A stretch of DNA of 64,000 bases from an uncultured Alphaproteobacteria bacterium (GTDB taxonomy: Bacteria; Pseudomonadota; Alphaproteobacteria; RF32; CAG-239), in contig CAJUKS010000004.1 of NCBI GenBank assembly GCA_910587405.1, positions 5,977 through 69,976 on the forward strand, in the 5' to 3' direction. Below the pieces are notes generated by a model. The model ran no database searches. It was not told the origin of the DNA and saw nothing but the letters and a program-made list of their open reading frames with translations. Below, piece by piece: positions 18,366-27,327 of this stretch. Position numbers and translations under genes: made by a program. How positions within the stretch are numbered: the first letter of the stretch is position 1; the number at the start of each line of letters is the position of its first letter.

Positions 18366-18647
18366 ATGGAATGCGCCAAAGATTATCAGGCGGTTATAAA
18401 TGCCGAGGGCAAGCTGGCCTTTGTGATTTCCGCAGGCACGGCCGCTCCGGGAAGCGCGCCTCGGATCGTTTACAACGGCGGCAACTCGGCTTTGCTTTAC
18501 CGCTCTTCGGGTGACGTTTTGGTGTTGGACGGCCTTCCCCCGCAGGTTCGGGAAACCCTCGCCCAAGTCAAACAAGCGGTTATTATCGAAACCGACCGCC
18601 AAACCGGTTACACGTTGTATGATTATGCGGCAAGCATAAAAAAATAA
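18366..18647 (+). CDS. hypothetical protein (93 aa)
   Basis: ATG 2 nt after preceding stop (translationally coupled pair). Confidence 0.45.
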   Translation: MECAKDYQAVINAEGKLAFVISAGTAAPGSAPRIVYNGGNSALLYRSSGDVLVLDGLPPQVRETLAQVKQAVIIETDRQTGYTLYDYAASIKK

Positions 18648-18689
18648 CAAACGCGATAAAAAAATTTTTTACGAGCTTAAGACACAAGC

Positions 18690-19802
18690 TCACGAACCGG
18701 CAACGGGATCAAAAATTTCACCGCCGATGACCGGTTCGGCCACACCGGTGGTTGAAGGAAAACTTACCGGCAGCCGGTAAAGGCGCCGCACCGCCCAAAA
18801 AGCGGCAGCCTGCGCATCGGCCGCCTCTGCTTCCCAACCAACATCCGATGCATTGCGAACCACGGCTTCCGGCAGACGTTGACGCAAAAACCGCATCAAA
18901 GTCGGATTTTTGGCACCGCCGCCGCATACAATCACCTCCCGCGGCGGTTCCGGAAGATACAGGGCCATTGAATAAGCAACCGATTCGGCCACAAATGCGG
19001 TTGCCGTCGCCGCGCCGTCTTCCAGAGTCAGTCCCTCCAAATGTTCCATTTTTTCGGCAAACACCGTACGGTCACAGGCTTTGGGAGGATTGAGCGCAAT
19101 ATATTTATGATGCATCAGGGTATTGAGGATTTTTTGATCGACATGACCGGTGATGGCCAGTTTGCCGTTATAATCCATATACATGCCGCCGTGCTTGGTA
19201 ACCCAGTCATTAATAACCGCATTGCCCGGCCCGCAGACGAAAGCTTTCATCTCGCCGCTGCTTCCCAGCCAAATAATCTCCGAAGTTCCGCCGATATCGA
19301 CAATAACCAACGGCCGTTCCATTTTGGCGGCCAGCGCTTCATAATAAACCGGCGCAAACGGCGCCCCCTGCCCGCCGGCCAAAATATCGGCGTTGCGGAA
19401 CCGCGCCACGGTGCGGATACCGGTAAGATCCGCCATCAACTGTCCGTCGCCGATCTGATGCGTATAATGTTCGGACGGCCGGTGACAAATGGTATGGCCG
19501 CCAAAACCGAGAACATCCGGCACCAACGACTCTTCCTGCACAAAGCCGCAAACCGCTGCCGCCGCAAATTCACTGAAGGCAATTTCGGCACGACGGATAT
19601 TAACCGCGTTTTCCGGCGAGTCCGCCCTTTTTCCCAACACCGAACGAATCTGATCCAGCAATTCGTCTTCATAAGGCACCGTCCGGGAAGGCCCCCGGCA
19701 ATAAACGTCAACGCCGTCGGTTTCCGTCACCGCCAGCCCGAGTCCGTCAAGGGATGTGGAACCGACAATTCCCACCGCCGTCAAATTTTTAATATTATTC
19801 AT
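18690..19802 (-). CDS. anmK: anhydro-N-acetylmuramic acid kinase
   Basis: N-terminal GIVGSTSLDGLGLAV ASKHA-fold motif and overall collinearity with AnmK. Confidence 0.85.
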   Translation of the reverse strand: MNNIKNLTAVGIVGSTSLDGLGLAVTETDGVDVYCRGPSRTVPYEDELLDQIRSVLGKRADSPENAVNIRRAEIAFSEFAAAAVCGFVQEESLVPDVLGFGGHTICHRPSEHYTHQIGDGQLMADLTGIRTVARFRNADILAGGQGAPFAPVYYEALAAKMERPLVIVDIGGTSEIIWLGSSGEMKAFVCGPGNAVINDWVTKHGGMYMDYNGKLAITGHVDQKILNTLMHHKYIALNPPKACDRTVFAEKMEHLEGLTLEDGAATATAFVAESVAYSMALYLPEPPREVIVCGGGAKNPTLMRFLRQRLPEAVVRNASDVGWEAEAADAQAAAFWAVRRLYRLPVSFPSTTGVAEPVIGGEIFDPVAGS

Positions 19803-19889
19803 GATTCATTTAAAAACATTATAACCATATTGCACTCCGAAAATTATATGCTAATATGCGTTAAGAATTTATTATAAAGGCGAGGAAAA

Positions 19890-21149
19890 ATGAGTAACTT
19901 TAAATCCGAATTTCTGAATATTATGCTTGAACGCGGTTTTTACAACCAATGCACCAACGAAAGCGGTTTCGACCAATATCTGTACGATTGCGAGCAAAAA
20001 GGCGTTCCGGCGGTGGGTTATCTCGGTTCCGACCCGACCGGCGACAGTCTTCACGTCGGCCATATCGTGCCGCTGATGATGATGCGTTGGTTTCAAAAAT
20101 GCGGGCACAAACCGCTGACACTGGTAGGCGGCGCCACCGCCCGCATCGGCGATCCTTCGGGCAAAGACAAACTGCGTCCTTTCCTCAGCGAAGAAACCCT
20201 GAGTCATAATATCGAAGGACTGAAAAAATCTTTCGGCAAATTTTTAAAATTCGGCAACGGCCAAAATGACGCCGTCATGGTCGACAACTGGGACTGGTTT
20301 AAAGACATCAACTACCTCGCGTTTTTGCGTGACATCGGCACCTATTATTCGGTTAACCGCATGTTGACGATGGAAAGCGTCAAAACCCGGTTGGAACGCG
20401 AACAACCGATGAGTTTTCTTGAGTTCAACTACATGTTGCTGCAGGGATACGATTTTTGCGAACTTTACCAAAAATACGGCTGCCGGGCACAAATTGCCGG
20501 ATCGGATCAGTGGGGCAACATCACTTCGGGAACCGAACTCGGACGGCGCAAATACGACGTTGAACTGTTTGGCTTCACCAGCCCGATCATCACCGATTCT
20601 GCCGGCAAAAAAATGGGCAAATCGGAAGGCAATGCGGTATGGATCAACGATGAGAAACTGCCGGCCTATGACTATTACCAATACTTCCGCAACATCGGTG
20701 ACAGCGAAGTCGGCAAATGCCTGCGCATTTATACCGATCTGCCGCTTGACGAAATCCGACGGTTGGAAGCTTTGAAGGATCAGGAAATCAACGAAGCCAA
20801 AAAAATTCTCGCTTTCGAGGCCACCAAAATCTGCCGCGGTCTCGAAGAAGCCCAAGCGGCTCAGGAAACTGCCGTCAAAACCTTTGAACAAGGCGGCATC
20901 GGCGGCGAACTGCCGACACTTGAAAAAGATTGCGTTGCCGGGCTGCCGGTGCTTGATTTGTTTGTCGAAATCGGCTTTTGCGCCAGCAAAGGCGAAGTGC
21001 GCCGCCTGATCAAACAAGGCGGCATCAAAATCAACGATCGTACCGTCAATGACGAAAACTACCTCCTAAAAGCGGAAGACATTGTCGACGGACAGGTTAA
21101 AATCGCTCAAGGCAAAAAGAAGTTCGGTTTGATCAAACAGATCTATTGA
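19890..21149 (+). CDS. tyrS: tyrosine--tRNA ligase
   Basis: DPTGDSLHVGH (HIGH) and KKMGKS (KMSKS) motifs, C-terminal S4-like domain. Confidence 0.92.
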   Translation: MSNFKSEFLNIMLERGFYNQCTNESGFDQYLYDCEQKGVPAVGYLGSDPTGDSLHVGHIVPLMMMRWFQKCGHKPLTLVGGATARIGDPSGKDKLRPFLSEETLSHNIEGLKKSFGKFLKFGNGQNDAVMVDNWDWFKDINYLAFLRDIGTYYSVNRMLTMESVKTRLEREQPMSFLEFNYMLLQGYDFCELYQKYGCRAQIAGSDQWGNITSGTELGRRKYDVELFGFTSPIITDSAGKKMGKSEGNAVWINDEKLPAYDYYQYFRNIGDSEVGKCLRIYTDLPLDEIRRLEALKDQEINEAKKILAFEATKICRGLEEAQAAQETAVKTFEQGGIGGELPTLEKDCVAGLPVLDLFVEIGFCASKGEVRRLIKQGGIKINDRTVNDENYLLKAEDIVDGQVKIAQGKKKFGLIKQIY

Positions 21150-21220
21150 CAAAATTTGGTCTAAATGTTAGACTGTACTCCAACGAAACAATTATTAACC
21201 AATTATAAAACTTAATCGCT

Positions 21221-21445
21221 ATGAACAAAGAAGCACGCATTAAAAAAGTGATGACCAGCAACTATCTGTACACGCTGTTTTTCGACGACGGAACTTCGCT
21301 TGAAATTAATAAGACCAAGTTCCGCGGAACCCGACGCCCTCACGCCGGCGACCTGTTCAAACTGACGGAAAAGTCCCTTCCCGACGGAAAAACCGAGTCC
21401 AGAATGTTTCTGAACGGAAATGAAGTTAAAGGCCAACTCCTTTAA
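21221..21445 (+). CDS. small hypothetical protein, paralogous to the next ORF
   Basis: shares R-[RK]-P-x-x-GD-hydrophobic ... LN(G)NEV pattern with 21482..21694. Confidence 0.45.
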   Translation: MNKEARIKKVMTSNYLYTLFFDDGTSLEINKTKFRGTRRPHAGDLFKLTEKSLPDGKTESRMFLNGNEVKGQLL

Positions 21446-21481
21446 TAAATAAACATAGTAATAACCCTAAAACATTTTTTT

Positions 21482-21694
21482 ATGTTACTGGAAAGAACCT
21501 TAAAAATCGCTTCTGTCGAGAAAAGAGAGGACAGATACGGAATCTGGCCCGAAATGGCAACGCCGTTTTCACTGCCTTGCCACATTTTCGGAGATCGCAA
21601 ACCGCAACGCGGTGACACGATCATGATCGAATATCAGGGTGACGACATCGTCGGTGCCGTCCTGAACGAAGTCCGCATCATGTCGCCCGCCTGA
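21482..21694 (+). CDS. small hypothetical protein, paralogous to the preceding ORF
   Basis: see above; followed by terminator hairpin aagaccgcatg/catgcggtctt at 21703-21740. Confidence 0.45.
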   Translation: MLLERTLKIASVEKREDRYGIWPEMATPFSLPCHIFGDRKPQRGDTIMIEYQGDDIVGAVLNEVRIMSPA

Positions 21695-21789
21695 TCTCGG
21701 CTGCATGGCATCTGCCCAAGACCGCATGTTTCCAACATGCGGTCTTTCGTATTTTAAATTTTAAGCCGGCACTGTCCCGCAAAAAGCTA

Positions 21790-21817
21790 TTGACAAGCCG
21801 GGAAAAAACGCTATATT
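21790..21817 (+). promoter_or_regulatory. sigma70-type promoter (TTGACA-16-TATATT) for rpmG
   Basis: consensus -35 and near-consensus -10 with 16-nt spacer ~45 nt upstream of rpmG ATG. Confidence 0.5.
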
Positions 21818-21861
21818 ACAGAAAAACTTGCGTTTAACACTAAATTTTAAGAGTAAAAGAC

Positions 21862-22029
21862 ATGGCAAAAGCAATCAAAGTAAAAGTTAAAATGGAAAGC
21901 ACCGCCGGAACCGGTACCTTTTTCGTCGCCGAAAAAAATCCGAGAACCCATCCGGAAAAACTGTCCATGAAAAAATACGACAAGAAGTCGAAAAAGCACG
22001 AAGAATTCGTTGAAAAGAAACTGAAGTAA
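21862..22029 (+). CDS. rpmG: 50S ribosomal protein L33 (55 aa; below ORF-track size cut-off)
   Basis: MAKAIKVKVKMESTAGTGTFFVAEKNPRTHPEKLSMKKYD typical L33; own promoter and terminator. Confidence 0.85.
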   Translation: MAKAIKVKVKMESTAGTGTFFVAEKNPRTHPEKLSMKKYDKKSKKHEEFVEKKLK

Positions 22030-22056
22030 TCTTTTCTGTTTATCAAGTTGTCAAAT

Positions 22057-22083
22057 GCCGGTTTCAAACCGGCATTTTTTTTT
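22057..22083 (+). terminator. rho-independent terminator after rpmG
   Basis: gccggttt/aaaccggc hairpin + T10. Confidence 0.7.
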
Positions 22084-22215
22084 GATCCGTTAAACCTCTT
22101 CCCGCCGACACTCAATTCAACCGATCGGGCATCTGCCTATTTTGGATATTGACATCAGGCTTTTTTGGGGGTATTTTGTCTAAAGCACACAATTATTAAC
22201 TAACAATTTTAAACG

Positions 22216-22650
22216 ATGAAAAATGTGATAACCATTTTAGCGATCCTCACCCTAATCGCCACCGGCATCTGCTTCTACCTCTTTTCTTTTGCCGTTGCCA
22301 TGATTTTCTTTGTCGTCTACCTGATCGTCGTCAGTATTTTCGTATACTGCTACTGGCATGACGAGAAACTTCAGGAACGGTGGCTGCAATCCCCGGTTTT
22401 TCCGGATTCTCCGCAGTTCGAGGACCTGTTTTGGAACATGACGATGTCCAACCAGGATTGGTACATCGAACATATTCTGAAAGAAGAAGGCGTGAAACAG
22501 TTGATTCAAAAGTACGAAACCACGATCCGCGAAATCTGGAACGACCGCGACTGGGAAATCTCCGAAAAGATCGAACGGAGTTCTGTCTATGTGAAACGGC
22601 TGAAATCAATGCTGGCCATACAGGAATTCAACGCATTGCGTCGGGACTGA
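22216..22650 (+). CDS. membrane-anchored hypothetical protein (2 TM + soluble domain)
   Basis: N-terminal hydrophobic helices; terminator-like hairpin 22654-22700. Confidence 0.5.
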   Translation: MKNVITILAILTLIATGICFYLFSFAVAMIFFVVYLIVVSIFVYCYWHDEKLQERWLQSPVFPDSPQFEDLFWNMTMSNQDWYIEHILKEEGVKQLIQKYETTIREIWNDRDWEISEKIERSSVYVKRLKSMLAIQEFNALRRD

Positions 22651-22735
22651 TCGTTTTTCGCAAAAATCCAAAGCACTGTCGGCAACGCCGACCGTGCTTT
22701 TTTATTACGCCTTGACCAACATCTGTTTTTTTTGC

Positions 22736-22929
22736 TTGCAATTTACATCAAATTATTTAATATTACCTCAGCATTTCTAAAACTGAATGTTATATCTGGC
22801 AAACCACTTCAACCTGCCAGCCTTTCTTTGGAAGGAGTGCCGGTAATATATTGAATAACGACGGCTGTCATACCGACAGTTTGTTAGCTCCTTCCGCCCT
22901 GATTCAAACGATCTCGGCGGTTTTGTTTT
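22736..22929 (+). ncRNA. candidate small RNA (promoter TTGCAA-16-TAATAT, internal hairpins, terminator ccgcc...ggcgg+TTTTGTTTT)
   Basis: 285-bp gap between convergent genes contains promoter-like element 22736-22763, three internal stem-loops and a hairpin+T-run at 22894-22929; no ORF. Confidence 0.3.
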
Positions 22930-22936
22930 ACACCCG

Positions 22937-23542
22937 TTATTTTTTGCTGATAAAAGAATTGCCGCGAATATAAAAACGCCATGGCATGTCCTTGTATTCT
23001 TCCGCATAATCGATTCCGATCCGCGGTCGTGCCTCAAACTCATATTTCTCAATACCGGGACTGATCCATACCGTATCGCCGTTCAAATCGATGCCATCAT
23101 GTTGTCGGCGGGTTATTGCCAGCGCCTGACAAAGCTTTCCGGGACCGGTAGTCAGATGATTCAATTTTTCGCAACGGCGCCGTTTCATCATTTCCTCAAT
23201 CCCGGCAATCGGTTCCAGCGCGCGAATCAAAATCGCGTTAGCCGTTCCTTCCGGTCCTGCCACCACGTTAAATTGGTTATACATTCCGTAAACAAAAAAG
23301 ACATATGCACATCCACCCGGTTTAAACATGGTGGCGGTACGCGGCGTCAGTTTATTCGGCCAGGCATGACAGGCTTTGTCGCAGCTGCCGATATAAACCT
23401 CCAGTTCGGTAATCATTCCGGCCGTCAAAACACCGTCAATCCGCGTACACAAATAAGCGCCCAGCAGATGTTGCCAAGCCAGTTCAAACGCGTCTCCCTG
23501 ATAAATTTCCTTATCAAACCTCAAGCCGAAATCCGGTTGCAT
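22937..23542 (-). CDS. mpg: DNA-3-methyladenine glycosylase (Mpg/AAG family)
   Basis: collinear with AAG-family glycosylases (GPGKLCQALAI, ILIRALEPIAG-like segments). Confidence 0.8.
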   Translation of the reverse strand: MQPDFGLRFDKEIYQGDAFELAWQHLLGAYLCTRIDGVLTAGMITELEVYIGSCDKACHAWPNKLTPRTATMFKPGGCAYVFFVYGMYNQFNVVAGPEGTANAILIRALEPIAGIEEMMKRRRCEKLNHLTTGPGKLCQALAITRRQHDGIDLNGDTVWISPGIEKYEFEARPRIGIDYAEEYKDMPWRFYIRGNSFISKK

Positions 23543-23715
23543 CCTTTTCTCCGTTGATGTATTTTTGCTCAACTTACAGCTTTTTAAGACAAAAAACAAC
23601 CGCCCCGCCTCCAAAATAAATCTTTTTTATACTTGACATCAAAATTTTAATTTATATATTAGCCTGCTCAAATTGATTATTCTAAATAATTATTAACAAT
23701 AAAAAACCTATCAAA

Positions 23716-24246
23716 ATGAATCAAAATGTGTTTATTTTTTTAATGCTTGTGTGGGCCTTGTGCAATTTTTCAGCCTGCGGAACCCTGATTTTACGTCGTT
23801 GTACCAAAACTATTCAACAACAACAAAAATGGAAACGCGTTATCAAAAGCAGTGTTTTTCTCAACCTCGGCGCAATGATCGTCTTTTCCGACAGTCTTGT
23901 CGAAAATTTCGGCTTGTTGCTTCTGATGATCGGAAACATCTTCCTGTCCTCATGGAGTATCAAAGCCGTCTGCCGCCAATACGAAAAACAGCTTCGCCGG
24001 CAAAAATTCGCTTTTCGAGTCGATTGGATCAAGCACAACATTGCCTACGGCACGGTTGAAATCGACGGAATCAAGTATCACGCCTTTATTCCTCCGGTAT
24101 GGATGAACGAATACCAGGACGAAAACGGCCGTCTTGTTCCGGGAACTTTTAAAAAATATCCGGTCCGGTCGACACTGTCGGCACAATTCAAACGCTTCGT
24201 TCCTGTTTACGGCGACGGTATGCGGCCTATGGTTGAACTCGGCTGA
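23716..24246 (+). CDS. membrane-anchored hypothetical protein
   Basis: two N-terminal TM helices + 100-aa soluble domain; terminator 24268-24298. Confidence 0.5.
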   Translation: MNQNVFIFLMLVWALCNFSACGTLILRRCTKTIQQQQKWKRVIKSSVFLNLGAMIVFSDSLVENFGLLLLMIGNIFLSSWSIKAVCRQYEKQLRRQKFAFRVDWIKHNIAYGTVEIDGIKYHAFIPPVWMNEYQDENGRLVPGTFKKYPVRSTLSAQFKRFVPVYGDGMRPMVELG

Positions 24247-24428
24247 CCTGTGACAAATTCTGCAAAAGGAGCGGCATTCGCCGTCTCCTTTTTTTATTGC
24301 CGACATTCTGACCCAACCGACCTCTTCCGAAATTGCAGGCATTTTACCAAGCACCGGTTGGAACAACTTGACTTTTTGCCGCGGTTGTTCCATAATTTGT
24401 CCATATTTTAATTATTAATCTAAATACT

Positions 24429-24971
24429 ATGAAAAAATTTATCATTTATCGGCACGGAGAATATGACGATCGTCAAGAACTGACCGCCCAAAGCGCTCAG
24501 GAAATTTTTGCCCGGACTTTGCTAATCAAACAACACATCGGCTGCGCCGGGACGGTCTTTACCTCTCCCGTCTGCCGGGCAGAACAAACCGCGCGCGTCA
24601 TTTCCTTGGCTATGGACAATGCCCGCATTGAAACCGAAGCGCTGTTGGCCGAACATATGTCCGATTATCCTCACGAAGGCAGAGACAGGTTGATCAAACT
24701 CGCCGGAGGACAAAAGTGCGACATCATTGCCGTTGTCTCCCACCGTCCCAACATCAGCCGGATGTTTATGGTCGGCCTCAACCCCGGAATGGAAATTATT
24801 TTTGAGGCTGAAAGCTGGGGAGAGATTTTTGAAAACCTGGGCGGCAATCTCATCGCCCGTTCACAAACAGCCCCTGACGCATCCTTATTGCAGCGTTATT
24901 TCAACCCGGTCTGCAGCGAAGAAGAACTGCAACAATTACGCCGGCTTGACTTTTTGGCGCCACAACTGTAA
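24429..24971 (+). CDS. histidine phosphatase family protein (SixA-like)
   Basis: YRHGEY (RHG catalytic motif) near N-terminus and downstream His (VVSHRPN); TTGACT-17-CATAAT promoter upstream. Confidence 0.7.
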   Translation: MKKFIIYRHGEYDDRQELTAQSAQEIFARTLLIKQHIGCAGTVFTSPVCRAEQTARVISLAMDNARIETEALLAEHMSDYPHEGRDRLIKLAGGQKCDIIAVVSHRPNISRMFMVGLNPGMEIIFEAESWGEIFENLGGNLIARSQTAPDASLLQRYFNPVCSEEELQQLRRLDFLAPQL

Positions 24972-24998
24972 AAACCCGGATTCGGGTATAAAAAAAGC

Positions 24999-25033
24999 GA
25001 CCTGAAAGGTCGCTTTTTTTTTGAGAACAGCTT
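24999..25033. terminator. bidirectional intrinsic terminator
   Basis: agcgacc/ggtcgct hairpin flanked by A7 and T9. Confidence 0.7.
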
Positions 25034-25039
25034 TCGCTT

Positions 25040-25612
25040 TTAACGGCGGGCAAACTTGCCGGCACGTTCTTTGCGGCGCTGTTTTTTCGGATTTTCCCGT
25101 CGGTCACCGTTAAACGGCGGCAACCACGGAACCAGTTCGTTGTTGAACTTCATGTTCACCCGCCAGCCGTGACGATCCTGAGGATTGGGACAACCGGCAT
25201 TGCGTTCGGCACGAATCTCCATGAACTCGGCGATCGACGCATAATCGGGCATATCTTCCGACATGGCACGCAGCGTTCCGGGAACATAGGTCATACGCGG
25301 CATCAAAGCCTGAGCCAGCAGAGCATTGACCGGCCCCTGAAACGAAACTTCCGCACCGCCGCCTTCTTTGTCTTCGATCATATACTCATAACCGTCAAAG
25401 GCAGTGATGATTCTCATATAACCGTTGCCGAGCAGCACCAAGGTGTTGTTGACCGAGCGGCCGATCTCACGCAATGTGATGTGACCTCTTTCCTCTTCTC
25501 CGTCAACATTCCAGCGTTTGCCGTCGCCCTGAGTGATTTTATACATCAGAACTTTGGTGCTCTGAGAGATGTCGAAACGGAAAAAGCAGTGGATGATTTT
25601 TTTCTCTTCCAT
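25040..25612 (-). CDS. hypothetical protein (190 aa)
   Basis: ORF downstream of and co-oriented with metallophosphoesterase gene; no motif recognised. Confidence 0.5.
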   Translation of the reverse strand: MEEKKIIHCFFRFDISQSTKVLMYKITQGDGKRWNVDGEEERGHITLREIGRSVNNTLVLLGNGYMRIITAFDGYEYMIEDKEGGGAEVSFQGPVNALLAQALMPRMTYVPGTLRAMSEDMPDYASIAEFMEIRAERNAGCPNPQDRHGWRVNMKFNNELVPWLPPFNGDRRENPKKQRRKERAGKFARR

Positions 25613-25692
25613 AGTTAGTATAATTTAATTGGTTAATAATTCTTTTGATAAAACCAGTATAACGACAACAAACGACAGAATCAAGTTTTTTG

Positions 25693-26505
25693 TCAAATTT
25701 TGGGTGGATTTTTTTGCCAGTCAATAACCACGATCTCCGGAACACTGCCAAACCGCAGCGGCAGCACACTGGTTCCCGTGCCGACCGTCACCAACATCCG
25801 CCGTCCTTCTTCCTCAATCAGCCCGCGAATATAACGCTGTCCGTAAACCGAACTCGAAACCGGCGCCCCGATTCCGGGAATATAAATCTGACCGCCGTGC
25901 GTATGACCGGCCAATGTCAAAACCACTTGCGGCGGCACCGCGGGAAAAACGTCCGGCGAATGAGAAAGCAAAATCACCGGCCCTTCCGAGCGGGCCAACG
26001 CCCGTTCAATATCGGGATGCCCGGTATCAAAGTCTTCCACCCCGGCCAGATAAAACGCCCCTCCGGCCGTCTTAATCACCAATCCTTCATTTTGCAGAAC
26101 TTTAATCTGATTTTGTTGCAAGGCCGCGGCCATTTCCCGATTCCCGTACCAGGCATCATGATTGCCCAGCACGGCAAAAATGCCGTACGGCGCTTTGATT
26201 TCAGACAATCCGGCTGCAATTTTCGCGGCAGGCATCGAACTTCGGCGCCGGTGACCGTTGGCCAGATCGCCGCCCACCAACACCACATCGGGCCGTTGAC
26301 GGTTAATTTCCGCCGCCAGTTTCTGCAAGCGGGACTGTTCGCCGGGTGCCAGATGAAGATCGGACACCAACACCATCCGTATATTTTCCAACCCCGGCGT
26401 CGAGAACTGATAATGCCTGATCGCCAGCAGACGCGGCTCAATCGCGGCCGCCCACAACAAAAACAAACAGCCGACGACCACGCCGCTCCAAAATAATTTC
26501 CGCAT
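25693..26505 (-). CDS. membrane-anchored metallophosphoesterase (calcineurin-like, YaeI/YkuE type)
   Basis: N-terminal TM, GDLANGHRRR ... GNHD metal-binding motifs. Confidence 0.8.
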   Translation of the reverse strand: MRKLFWSGVVVGCLFLLWAAAIEPRLLAIRHYQFSTPGLENIRMVLVSDLHLAPGEQSRLQKLAAEINRQRPDVVLVGGDLANGHRRRSSMPAAKIAAGLSEIKAPYGIFAVLGNHDAWYGNREMAAALQQNQIKVLQNEGLVIKTAGGAFYLAGVEDFDTGHPDIERALARSEGPVILLSHSPDVFPAVPPQVVLTLAGHTHGGQIYIPGIGAPVSSSVYGQRYIRGLIEEEGRRMLVTVGTGTSVLPLRFGSVPEIVVIDWQKNPPKI

Positions 26506-26930
26506 CAGAACTGACCTTGCGCCGCAATTTTTTCCAACTCTTCTTTAATTTCGGCATAGCGGACGTTTTTAAAAAACTTCTCTTTGTCTTTCAAAACCCA
26601 TGCGGCCGCCAGCGGCGAAGTACGGTCAAGCCGATACCCTTGTTGCATCCATTTCTGCAAACAATAAAAATTTCCTTGTATCGCCAAGGTTATTCCCACA
26701 GCATAACCAACATACTTAAAGTCCAAAAGCGGATAGGAACCGACTTCATTGTCAAACAAGCTACAGAGAACCGTCAAACCCGCCAGCCATAACAATCCGT
26801 CTTTAAACAAACCGCGGAAGAAAAAACCGAAAACACCCAAAAGAAAAAACAACCAGCTGAAACCAAGATGCAAACGGCGGACTTTTCCGCTTTCGGGATG
26901 ATAAAGGATTAAATTATGATTATCGGCCAT
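26505..26930 (-). CDS. small membrane protein
   Basis: start overlaps phosphoesterase gene end (ATGA-type overlap), hydrophobic helices. Confidence 0.45.
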   Translation of the reverse strand: MADNHNLILYHPESGKVRRLHLGFSWLFFLLGVFGFFFRGLFKDGLLWLAGLTVLCSLFDNEVGSYPLLDFKYVGYAVGITLAIQGNFYCLQKWMQQGYRLDRTSPLAAAWVLKDKEKFFKNVRYAEIKEELEKIAAQGQF

Positions 26931-27231
26931 GGCATGTTTCCCCGTTTTTATAAAATTTTTTCATCCGGATCTTTTTCACCAAGTCGGCGCTGACGGTCGA
27001 AAGGATAAATCCCAGCGTCGGAATGATCGCGCCGATGAAAGGATTCTCCATTTTAAGAACATACATAACGCAAATCATAACAAAATAAGCGGTCAGCGCC
27101 ACCGCGATTTTGCGCATATTGCTGATCTCCCATGCCTTGTCGGCTTCCGCCTTTCGGTTGCGGCAACGGATGAGATTGATTTCTTCTTCAATATTCATAA
27201 AAGCCTTCTTCAAACAAGTTTTAACCTGCAT
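26920..27231 (-). CDS. small membrane protein
   Basis: overlaps downstream gene by 11 nt; 2 TM helices; start uncertain. Confidence 0.4.
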   Translation of the reverse strand: MQVKTCLKKAFMNIEEEINLIRCRNRKAEADKAWEISNMRKIAVALTAYFVMICVMYVLKMENPFIGAIIPTLGFILSTVSADLVKKIRMKKFYKNGETCHGR

Positions 27232-27327
27232 TCAAAGTATCAGCGATTTTCTTTCTTGGCAAGAATTTCTCCGCTGGCAAACCGCAAAACAAAAAAGATG
27301 ACTTTTAAAAACTTTTCCGTTATAGTG

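Noticed and set aside
22777-23052. 91-aa minus-strand ORF in the convergent intergenic gap
   Set aside because: It is Arg/Ser-rich with no start context and overlaps the predicted sRNA and the mpg 3' end, so it is probably non-coding.
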